A stretch of 24,000 nucleotides of DNA from NCBI GenBank assembly GCA_963676865.2, contig CAXXSS010000001.1, forward strand, positions 477,378 through 501,377, read 5' to 3'. Positions 1 to 7,388 of this stretch are shown here, in pieces. A program made the position numbers and the translations under genes. Below the pieces are notes generated by a model. It was not told the origin of the DNA. It worked only from the letters and a program-made list of their open reading frames with translations, and searched no databases. How positions within the stretch are numbered: position 1 is the stretch's first letter; the number at the start of each line of letters is the position of its first letter. This DNA comes from an uncultured Bacteroides sp. GTDB lineage: Bacteria; Bacteroidota; Bacteroidia; Bacteroidales; Bacteroidaceae.

Positions 1-723
1 TGGCTGGGATTCGGCATATTCTTTCCTTTCACCAGAGGACATGCCTGCGCTGGAACCAACAATAAAGAGCCGTGGGCTTATGGACCCGCTATCGAAAAAT
101 CATCACGCATAGCCATAGAGCGCCGCTATCGGTTGCTGCCCTACATCTATACGCTGTTTCGCGATGCATCGTTGAGCGGACTGCCGGTGATGCGCCCCGT
201 ATTTTTCGCCGATCCGCAGGATCTATCGCTGCGACAAGAAGAAGAAGCATTTATGCTGGGCCAAGACATTCTGGTCATTCCCGCTTTTGCCGAACATCCG
301 TCATTGCCTTCGGGCATCTGGGAAACGCTCAGTCTGGTAGAAGGCGACAAGACAGACAAGTATCAGGCAACGTTGAAAATCAGAGGAGGAAGCATCGTTC
401 CTCTTGGCAAAATTGTTCAAAACACAAACGACAATTCGTTCGATCCGCTCAGCCTCATCGTATGTCTCGACAAAGATGGTAAAGCTATCGGAAACTTATA
501 TCTGGATGCAGGCGACGGATGGTCTTTCCAGAAAGGCGATTATAGCTTGTTGACGTTCGAAGCCGAACAAAAGGGGCAGATGGTACGTCTGGAGCTTACC
601 GGAAAAGAAGGACAACGGATCGTAGACAAAGACATAAAGAAAATAAATGTCACGCTATTGCTCAACGGCAAGACCTATACGGCGTCGGGTACGTTGGGAA
701 GAAACATCGATATAAACCTTTAA
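1..723 (+). CDS. Glycoside hydrolase family 31 (alpha-glucosidase/xylosidase-like), C-terminal part; 5' end outside window
   Basis: Frame 1 is open from nt 1 (WLGFGIFFPFTRGH..EPWAYG..RRYRLLPYIYTLF..GLPVMRPVFF..). This matches the conserved region after the catalytic barrel plus the C-terminal beta-sandwich pattern of GH31 enzymes. Stop at 721-723. The listed 133..723 ORF only starts at an internal Met. Confidence 0.8.
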   Translation, partial: WLGFGIFFPFTRGHACAGTNNKEPWAYGPAIEKSSRIAIERRYRLLPYIYTLFRDASLSGLPVMRPVFFADPQDLSLRQEEEAFMLGQDILVIPAFAEHPSLPSGIWETLSLVEGDKTDKYQATLKIRGGSIVPLGKIVQNTNDNSFDPLSLIVCLDKDGKAIGNLYLDAGDGWSFQKGDYSLLTFEAEQKGQMVRLELTGKEGQRIVDKDIKKINVTLLLNGKTYTASGTLGRNIDINL

Positions 724-760
724 CACGCATACTCAATAGAGCAAACGATAGTCGTTCACC

Positions 761-2317
761 ATGAATAAATTTAGAATATTGTTCTACGCTTGCATTGCCA
801 TATCAATGCAAGCTATGTCGCAAGACAAACCGTCGCTCTATGCAGACGGTTTGATGCGAAGCACTCCCGAAACCGAAGGAGTACACAGCGACGGTATCAC
901 CCGTTTCGTTCAGTCTGTCGAAAAGAAACAGATTCGATTGCATAGTTTCATGCTGCTCAGACACGGCAAGGTGGTTGCCGAAGCATGTTGGAATCCGTAT
1001 CGCCCGGATGCCCGGCACATCATGTATTCCGTCAGCAAGACATTCACTTCAATAGCCACGGGATTTGCCATACAAGAAAAGAGACTGTCACTGAACGATA
1101 AAGTCATCTCCTTTTTCCCCGAATACAAAGATGTTTATAATGAAAATTCGTTCGTAAAGGAACTCACCATTCGAAACCTACTGACCATGACAGCCGGTAA
1201 AGAACCTTTTGTCGACTTCCGACTGAGAGACATCGATTGGATAAAAGCCATCTTGGGCGCCCATCAAGATACAGCTTTAAAAGACAAATTCGAATACAAT
1301 TCGTATGCCTGCTACTTACTTTCGGCCATCCTTCAACGAGCTACCGGAAAGACCGTGCGCGACTACCTCAAACCCCGATTGTTCGAACCGCTGGGAATAA
1401 CAGGAGTCGAAAGAGAGCAAAGTCCCGCCGGGATAGACTGTGGCGGATGGGGCATGAGCGTAAAAACATCCGATATGGCAAAGGTTGGTCAACTTCTCTT
1501 GCAAAAAGGAAAATGGAAGAACCGCCAATTGTTGCCCGTCTCGTGGATAGAAGAATCGACAATGAAACAGATAGAGACCGCCCCAAATTCGACAGAGAGC
1601 GAGAAGGCTCAGTCGGACTGGGCGCAAGGATACGGCTATTTGTTATGGCAATGTCGCAATCAAGCCTTCAGGGCGGACGGATCTTTTGGACAATTCATCA
1701 TCGTAATGCCTCAGCAAGATGCTGTTATGGCGATTACGGCAAACGAGAATGACATGCAACGAGAACTGCAAGAAGTGTGGGACAATATACTGCCCGCCTT
1801 CTCGGCAACCAAGTTGCCGACCGACAAAAAAGCCTATCAGACGCTGACCCACACATTGAGCCATTTGGCATTACCCGCGCCATTCAAAAGTACAGAATCC
1901 AACCCTGCCCGCCCTCATCTGTCGAACACCTATACAATCGAAAGTAACGACCAAGACATCCGAAATATCACTCTGAATATGGATGACGACTCATGCCGAT
2001 TGATTATCAGAACAAACACGGCTACCCACACCCTGGTATGTGGCAACGACAGTTGGAAAACGTTCTTGACAGACAAAAACAGCCCTTACTACAACCAGCG
2101 TTATCGTAATCCCATCGGACTGTCGCCATACACCGTATCAGGATATGCCACATGGCAAAGCCCGTGCCGCCTATCCCTGTTTTTCGAATATCTGGAAGAC
2201 AGCAGCAACGAAACATACGACATTACATTCGATGGCAAACGTATCATACTGCTTCTTTCGAGTAGCGAAGATCCCAAAGGATTGCCCATTCGATTGGTGG
2301 GTCATTGTTGCCCCTAA
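761..2317 (+). CDS. Serine hydrolase, beta-lactamase/transpeptidase-like family (class C-related), secreted
   Basis: 518-aa ORF with an N-terminal hydrophobic signal (ILFYACIAISMQAMS). It has an SxxK nucleophile motif (SVSKTFTS) in the usual N-terminal position and the length expected for beta-lactamase-fold esterases/peptidases. Confidence 0.75.
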   Translation: MNKFRILFYACIAISMQAMSQDKPSLYADGLMRSTPETEGVHSDGITRFVQSVEKKQIRLHSFMLLRHGKVVAEACWNPYRPDARHIMYSVSKTFTSIATGFAIQEKRLSLNDKVISFFPEYKDVYNENSFVKELTIRNLLTMTAGKEPFVDFRLRDIDWIKAILGAHQDTALKDKFEYNSYACYLLSAILQRATGKTVRDYLKPRLFEPLGITGVEREQSPAGIDCGGWGMSVKTSDMAKVGQLLLQKGKWKNRQLLPVSWIEESTMKQIETAPNSTESEKAQSDWAQGYGYLLWQCRNQAFRADGSFGQFIIVMPQQDAVMAITANENDMQRELQEVWDNILPAFSATKLPTDKKAYQTLTHTLSHLALPAPFKSTESNPARPHLSNTYTIESNDQDIRNITLNMDDDSCRLIIRTNTATHTLVCGNDSWKTFLTDKNSPYYNQRYRNPIGLSPYTVSGYATWQSPCRLSLFFEYLEDSSNETYDITFDGKRIILLLSSSEDPKGLPIRLVGHCCP

Positions 2318-2366
2318 CAACAGCAGAACTTTACTGTTTCTTTGGTACCCCAAAAAACAGACGTAT

Positions 2367-2480
2367 GTTACCGCCGTAACTAACGGATGTCGCAGACGAA
2401 ACTAACGTTAGTTATCATGATAACTTCTGTTAGTTACCGCAGTAACTTCCCTTAGTTATAGTAGAAACATACGTTAGTTT
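2367..2480. repeat. 22-bp-phased array of TTAGTT / AACTAA half-sites (iteron- or operator-like)
   Basis: TTAGTT starts at 2408, 2430, 2452 and 2474, exactly 22 bp apart. The complementary WAACT starts at 2377, 2399, 2421 and 2443, also 22 bp apart. A 14-bp perfect palindrome aactaacgttagtt lies at 2400-2413. gttaccgcNgtaact occurs at 2367 and 2433 (66 bp = 3x22). Confidence 0.75.
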
Positions 2481-2784
2481 CTAGAGCAAGAATAAAAACT
2501 TACAAACAAGACACACTTTATGCCCAGAGGAGTTTTTTGGTCAAATTCTAGAAAAGACGTAAATCTGTCCATTTTCAGCTTTTTATGTACTATCATCATT
2601 CACATAAATCGAATGTATTAGCATCAAATAGATTGCATAATATCAGTTTCATAAACTATTTGAAATAATAGCCAAAACGCAACTTTTAGAGAAGAAGCGG
2701 CAAATTTCAAAAAAGCACAAAAAAACTCCTTTTTCCGAAAATCGCAGTTACAATATACTACCGCTTCGAAAATCGACATGCCCT

Positions 2785-2945
2785 TGTCGCATGTGTCGCA
2801 TAGGATTCCCTCCTCTTATATTTTTTTTATTTTTTATTTTTATGTAATCATATTTCATGTAATTACAGTGTCATAATGATAAACGTATTATACACCAATA
2901 AAAAAAATATAGAGTTTATAGGATTTCTATGCGACACATGCGACA
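2785..2945. repeat. Perfect 19-bp inverted repeat pair flanking a 123-bp AT-rich segment (candidate invertible element or TIR-bounded mini-element)
   Basis: 2785-2803 tgtcgcatgtgtcgcatag is the exact reverse complement of 2927-2945 ctatgcgacacatgcgaca. Each arm contains an internal direct repeat, GTCGCAT-GT-GTCGCAT. Confidence 0.8.
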
Positions 2946-3061
2946 TTTTCAGTAATCTTTCACAACACAAAACGATTTTCACCAGATTTCCTATCCTTAT
3001 GCACTTCATCCAATTACACGTATATACTTTAAATGAATGTTACCTTTATCTTTCGAAAACC

Positions 3062-3099
3062 ACGTATGGACCTAAAAATATTGAGGTCCATACGTTTTC
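3062..3099 (+). terminator. Rho-independent terminator-like hairpin
   Basis: A 12-bp perfect stem pairs acgtatggacct (3062-3073) with aggtccatacgt (3084-3095) around a 10-nt loop. A T-run (tttt) follows immediately. No annotated CDS ends here. Confidence 0.5.
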
Positions 3100-3292
3100 T
3101 GAGAAACTTAAGGGCGTCACAAAAAAACTAACATATGACACCACTACACCTCCGCATCTATCGAAGACCATTTACGTGTATGTGGAAGATCGTTTCAGGC
3201 AATTGGTACAGCTTAATTTCTCGTTCAATAATGATAGTAGTAAGGAAGAGAAATAAACCTTTTTGTATTAATGTGTTAAGAAATACTCAACA

Positions 3293-3325
3293 TTTCATTA
3301 TTGTGTGTTTTTTTCATTAACTTTG
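3293..3325 (+). promoter_or_regulatory. Candidate Bacteroides-type promoter for the TIR-like/caspase-like operon
   Basis: taactttg at 3318-3325 fits the Bacteroides -7 consensus TAnnTTTG. A weak -33-like tttc sits at 3293-3296. The ATG at 3356 is 31 nt downstream. Confidence 0.35.
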
Positions 3326-3355
3326 TCATGTAACAAACTAAATACATTCAGATTT

Positions 3356-3718
3356 ATGAAAACTATTTTTATTGCTTTCGCTATTGAAGACGAAAGACAG
3401 CGTGATTTATTAAAAGGTCAATCTCTGTTAACAAATTCACCTTTTGAATATGTAGATATGTCTGTAAAACAGGCTTATGACACAGACTGGAAAAATAAAG
3501 TTAGAACAAGGATTAAACGTTCTGACGGGATAATTGTACTGATAAGCAAAAATTCCCTAAAATCGTCCGGTCAAAAGTGGGAAATTCAATGTGCAAAAGA
3601 AGAGGGTAAAAGAATATTAGGAATTTGGGCATACTCTGACGATAGAACCAATATTGTAGGAGTCAATACACGAGCATGGTCTTGGGATCATATTAAAGAC
3701 TTTATAAACTCTCTATAA
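3356..3718 (+). CDS. Small TIR-like domain protein (DUF1863 / MTH538 TIR-like type)
   Basis: The pattern MKTIFIAFAIEDE..(loop)..RIKRSDGIIVLISKNSLKSSGQKWEIQCAKEEGKRILGIW follows the flavodoxin-like TIR layout: beta-A FISF-type strand plus acidic residues, a second strand, and an S-x-W-x-x-E-type helix with a conserved Glu (W75-E76 counted from the ATG at 3356). The upstream GTG at 3305 is an unlikely start. The stop lies 2 nt before the next ATG. Confidence 0.6.
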   Translation: MKTIFIAFAIEDERQRDLLKGQSLLTNSPFEYVDMSVKQAYDTDWKNKVRTRIKRSDGIIVLISKNSLKSSGQKWEIQCAKEEGKRILGIWAYSDDRTNIVGVNTRAWSWDHIKDFINSL

Positions 3719-3720
3719 AT

Positions 3721-4695
3721 ATGAAGATAGCATTAGTCGTTGGGATAGATCACTATACTCATGGAGAAGATTTATTTGGATGTGTAAATGATGCGCATAG
3801 TGTTAGGAATGCTCTATCAAGGCATGCCGATAATTCTGTTAATTTCGATTGTATGTTGTTGGTCGCATCTTCAAGTAGAGATAGTATAGACCATGGGAGA
3901 CTTAAAGATGCTGTTGAAAAATTATTCTCTACGAAAGCTGAAATCGCATTATTCTATTTTGCAGGACATGGTCATATAGAAGCAACGGGGGGATATTTAT
4001 TAGCATCTGACGCTAAACGAGGAGATGACGGCTTGTCTTTGAATGAAGTTTTACTTTTGGCAAACAATTCACCTGCTACAAACAAAATTATAATATTGGA
4101 TAGCTGTCATTCAGGTATTGCGGGTAATCCGCCTAATATCAAAGATAATGCATTATTGTCAGAAGGAACAACTATACTTACAGCTTCAACGGAAGATCAA
4201 TATGCAAGTGAAAAAGATGGAAGTGGAGTATTTACGACACTTTTAGTTGACGCATTAAGTGGAGGTGCTGCAAATATACTTGGAGACATAACTCCAGGTA
4301 GTGTTTATGCACATATTGACCAATCCTTAGGAGCTTGGGAGCAAAGACCTGTTTTTAAATCAAATGTTAGAAATTTTGTATCATTAAGAAAAATAAAACC
4401 CTCAATACCTTTGGACGATTTAAGGAAAATAGCTATATTGTTTCCCTCTCCAGGTTATAAATACGAATTAAATCCCACATTTGAGCCTGAAATGAAGGGC
4501 CGAGATGCTGGAATGCCAGAGCCAATAAAGGAAAATACCGAAGTGTTTGCTATATTGCAAAAATACAATCGGTTGGGATTATTACTGCCTGTTAATGCCC
4601 CTCATATGTGGAATGCGGCAATGGAATATAGATCTTGTAAACTAACAGTTCTTGGTGAGCATTACAGAAGATTAGTAGAAAAAGGAAGATTATAA
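3721..4695 (+). CDS. Caspase-like cysteine protease (peptidase C14 / caspase-HetF fold) with about 120-aa C-terminal extension
   Basis: KIALVVGIDHY..GCVNDA opens the domain. The His-Cys dyad motifs are FYFAGHGH (His83, codon 3967-3969) and IIILDSCHSGIAG (Cys129, codon 4105-4107), in canonical order and spacing. No signal peptide. The C-terminal region (about residues 205-324) was not recognised. Confidence 0.8.
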   Translation: MKIALVVGIDHYTHGEDLFGCVNDAHSVRNALSRHADNSVNFDCMLLVASSSRDSIDHGRLKDAVEKLFSTKAEIALFYFAGHGHIEATGGYLLASDAKRGDDGLSLNEVLLLANNSPATNKIIILDSCHSGIAGNPPNIKDNALLSEGTTILTASTEDQYASEKDGSGVFTTLLVDALSGGAANILGDITPGSVYAHIDQSLGAWEQRPVFKSNVRNFVSLRKIKPSIPLDDLRKIAILFPSPGYKYELNPTFEPEMKGRDAGMPEPIKENTEVFAILQKYNRLGLLLPVNAPHMWNAAMEYRSCKLTVLGEHYRRLVEKGRL

Positions 4696-4701
4696 TAATT
4701 G

Positions 4702-4733
4702 AAAAAAGTAGCGGTTTCTTTGCTACTTTATTT
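4702..4733 (+). terminator. Weak terminator-like hairpin after the caspase-like gene
   Basis: aaagtagc (4705-4712) pairs with gctacttt (4722-4729) around a 9-nt loop. It has an A-run before and tttattt after. The stem is AT-rich, so it is weak. Confidence 0.35.
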
Positions 4734-5083
4734 CCCGCCTAAGTTCACGAAAGAAAGTAGCTGGAAGGGAGTTCCGTGCGGTGTAGATTACAGTTCCAGA
4801 AAGCTATCAATATCACATTCTAATATAACGGTCTACGTCGGGTGTAGAGACCGCTTTCCGCTGTTGCCTCAACGGCTTTCTTTTCACAGCATTAGCCCAA
4901 AGATCGGACATAATGCGACTCGAGTAGGGATATTACTTTGAAGCGAATCTTCATGCTACTAGCAAACACTTTATAGGAATTCGATTATCAACATAGGAAC
5001 AGGGACTCTCCTCATCGTTTCCTGTTTTTATCAACTATTGATGTCTATAAAAAACAATAGAACGACTTAAAAAGAAACAGATA

Positions 5084-5120
5084 TTTGAGCGATGAACATC
5101 GTAAAAAAGATATATCTTTG
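5084..5120 (+). promoter_or_regulatory. Candidate Bacteroides-type promoter for the 451-aa gene
   Basis: tatctttg at 5113-5120 matches TAnnTTTG. tttg at 5084-5087 is a possible -33 element, though the spacing is somewhat longer than the usual 19-21 bp. Start codons follow at 5151 and 5187. Confidence 0.35.
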
Positions 5121-5150
5121 TATTCACATCTGCTGATTGAATGAGGGTGG

Positions 5151-6506
5151 ATGAGATATGTTACACCTCTAATCTTAAGAGACAAAATGGATTACATTTT
5201 AATTAAAAAAATAAATGGTTATAATAATTTAGAACAATTCGGTTTAACCATCTTACAAAGTACTATTGCAAGCTTTCTATCCTGCGAAGTTAAAATATTC
5301 ACGAATCCATTACTCGAACTTCAAGCTTATAATATAAATATTCTGGAGAATGAAAATAGAGGTTTCTATCCTTTAGATGATGATAATATCATCGTTTTAG
5401 GGCGAATTATGAGCGATGATAGAACACTGATATCTTCATTAGGTATAAAGCTGTCAAAAAAGGGCATTAAGTATTCTGGGAATTTTCTCACTAAACTCGA
5501 AGGGGCACTAACTCACACATTAACGCAAGAGTATAACAATCATTTTGGGAACTGTAAATATTCACTAGGTGATGAACTAATATTGCATACCATTTGCAAC
5601 TACGTATCAAAGGGTGGATATGACAATCGACTGATAAGACATCTAATCAGCATATTCCAAAAGTTGAGAACAACTTCTTTTGAAGGCAGCTTTTTCAGCA
5701 CAGGTTTAATTCTTACAAAGTCTCATTATGCTTATAATAAAAATGATAGATTCGGAAGTTCATATAGCTTGAAACGCCCCTTTTCTTTAGCAAATCAATG
5801 CCAAATAGAAAGACGCATTTGGTATCTTGTCGATGGCAAGAAAACATTCTTCATGTGCAACAAATCATTGTTTGTTGACCAAATATTTGTTTTAGACAAA
5901 GAATATCAAGAAGCGAACTATATCGATAGCCACACATTAGCAAAAAGCTTAAAAGGGGCTGATCTGCTATTTAAAGTGGAAAATGAAAAATCATTTTCTA
6001 TCATAAATACTGCAAACATTGAAATAAGCTACATAGAAAATCAATGGAAATTTAGAGACTACACCTATATTAGAAAGTTATTTCTAGCTCATTTTAATAA
6101 TCCGGACATCGTAGAGAGTATCTTATTTTTCATTATATATTGCTCGAAGAACGCTATTAGTTCTATTATATGGTTACCCGAAAAGATCGATCAAATTGAA
6201 GATTTATTGAAAAAGAAAACGATGAATAGGTTTATAAAGAAGCCCATTTCGATAATGGATAAATCATTTACGAATCACATTATCAGATATCTTTCTAGTG
6301 ACGGAGCAACTATTATTGATAAAAATGGGTTATTACAATACTTTGGCTGCATCATTGACTTAAATAAAATTGAAGTCAAAGGCATTAAAGGTACTGGTGA
6401 GAGCGCTGCCGGTGCTTTATCTGCGAATGGAATTTCTTTGAAGATATCGCAAGATGGAACGATAAAACTGTTCGAGAAGAGAAAGAGTAGACCGTTACTT
6501 ATATAA
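5151..6506 (+). CDS. Hypothetical protein with C-terminal DisA_N / diadenylate-cyclase (DAC)-like motif pattern
   Basis: Long AT-rich ORF with coding-like composition; an alternative start is the Met at 5187. The C-terminus SSIIWLP..HIIRYLSSDGATIIDKNGLL..GIKGTGESAAGALSANGISLKISQDGTIKLF parallels the DAC pattern GALIV..HDGAvII..G-i..GTRHRAA..vivVSEEtG-IS. DGA (Asp384-Ala386, nt 6300-6308) is kept, but RHR is replaced by GES (nt 6396-6404). The N-terminal about 330 aa was not recognised. Confidence 0.6.
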   Translation: MRYVTPLILRDKMDYILIKKINGYNNLEQFGLTILQSTIASFLSCEVKIFTNPLLELQAYNINILENENRGFYPLDDDNIIVLGRIMSDDRTLISSLGIKLSKKGIKYSGNFLTKLEGALTHTLTQEYNNHFGNCKYSLGDELILHTICNYVSKGGYDNRLIRHLISIFQKLRTTSFEGSFFSTGLILTKSHYAYNKNDRFGSSYSLKRPFSLANQCQIERRIWYLVDGKKTFFMCNKSLFVDQIFVLDKEYQEANYIDSHTLAKSLKGADLLFKVENEKSFSIINTANIEISYIENQWKFRDYTYIRKLFLAHFNNPDIVESILFFIIYCSKNAISSIIWLPEKIDQIEDLLKKKTMNRFIKKPISIMDKSFTNHIIRYLSSDGATIIDKNGLLQYFGCIIDLNKIEVKGIKGTGESAAGALSANGISLKISQDGTIKLFEKRKSRPLLI

Positions 6507-6642
6507 TAAATAATTGAGAGTTTCAGCCACCACAGACCATCTTTTTCAGGAAAGCTTTTTGGACAGAATTATCCATTCTCCAGGTCGCTTTAAGCTAAAA
6601 AGTGATAGTTTATAAAAGGGATAGCTACACTTGCCTACGATA

Positions 6643-7323
6643 TCAAAATGAATTAGAGAGAGTAATTAAAAAGTGGACTGATATCATCGTTTTGGATATC
6701 TCCCCGCTATTTTCACACACCTTTTGGGTCAGCTCCGGAGCAATGCCGTTCAGCAGAATGCTGTCGAATTGAGTTTCGTTAATAATACCCGTCACCTCAA
6801 AATAGGCGGTATTGAATCCTGTAAGATTGCCATTCTCGTCTTGAGTATAGAAAATACCTCGTAGAATATCCTTGTATTGGAAGTTGATGGTTACCTCGCC
6901 CAGTTTCTCATTGAATGTAATCAGAAATACGTCGTCCCAATCTTCCCACACATTGTTAATCACTCTAGCATGAGTTATCTAGAATTCATTCCCTGTGGCA
7001 GAGATACGATTATATTTGAGTTCCGACATTTCAAGGTATTCATCAATACTCAGATTCTTCATTTGGGCATTACCATCTACACGCAGATCGCCTGTAATTG
7101 TGCATCCAGCTCTGTCGAACTTCTTTCCAACTCGCTCGGCAGACCATCCACCTACTCCAACGGGTGGATATGTTTCTCCGTTCCAATAGCCTTTTTAGTT
7201 CCGCGCCCGACACTTTAAGCGTAGCATCGGGATCGGACAATCCATCACAAACTCGAACTGATTGAACCCATGTTCGACTACCGACTTAGCACTCTGTAGG
7301 CTTTTTATGTGTACTTCACTCAT
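6643..7323 (-). pseudogene. Frameshifted/interrupted phage-tail-like gene remnant
   Basis: Three minus-strand reading-frame pieces follow one another. They are MSEVHIKSLQ..(stop); KGYWNGETYPPVGVGGWSAERVGKKFDRAGCTITGDLRVDGNAQMKNLSIDEYLEMSELKYNRISATGNEF(stop); and MINNVWEDWDD.. (6643-6963). The stretch is richer in G+C than the adjacent AT-rich genes. The phage tail-fibre flavour is an impression only. Confidence 0.45.
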
Positions 7324-7362
7324 TATTTATCAATTAGATAGTGAAAGTACAAGCCGATTGAT

Positions 7363-7370
7363 TAACTTTG
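7363..7370 (+). promoter_or_regulatory. Candidate -7 box upstream of the PLD-nuclease cassette
   Basis: taactttg at 7363-7370 matches TAnnTTTG, 19 nt before the ATG at 7389. No clear -33 TTTG was seen. Confidence 0.3.
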
Positions 7371-7388
7371 TGGAAACTTTGTCTTGTT

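Noticed and set aside
72-482. 136-aa alternative-frame ORF and minus-strand ORF 147-359 inside the GH31 gene
   Set aside because: These are shadow ORFs. Frame 1 carries the recognisable GH31 sequence across the whole interval.
2480-2488. 9-bp match tctagagca at both island edges (2480-2488 and 12940-12948), considered as possible att-site direct repeats
   Set aside because: A single 9-mer shared between two windows of a few hundred bp is expected by chance about once. There is no integrase and no extended similarity.
2785-2945. MITE interpretation of the 19-bp inverted repeats
   Set aside because: No target-site duplication flanks the arms (left flank ..gccct, right flank ttttc..), and only one copy is visible. 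It is kept as an alternative in the finding but not called a mobile element.
2876-3256. 126-aa ORF (and overlapping 3135-3320 ORF) in the AT-rich gap upstream of the TIR-like gene
   Set aside because: Its composition is implausible. It starts inside the inverted-repeat-bounded segment and reads straight through the strong terminator hairpin at 3062-3099. ORFs of this length arise by chance in AT-rich DNA only when stops are sparse, but nothing else supports coding here.
4699-4941. 80-aa ORF after the caspase-like gene
   Set aside because: It has a TTG start and overlaps the terminator-like hairpin. The peptide has no protein-like pattern. It is treated as non-coding.
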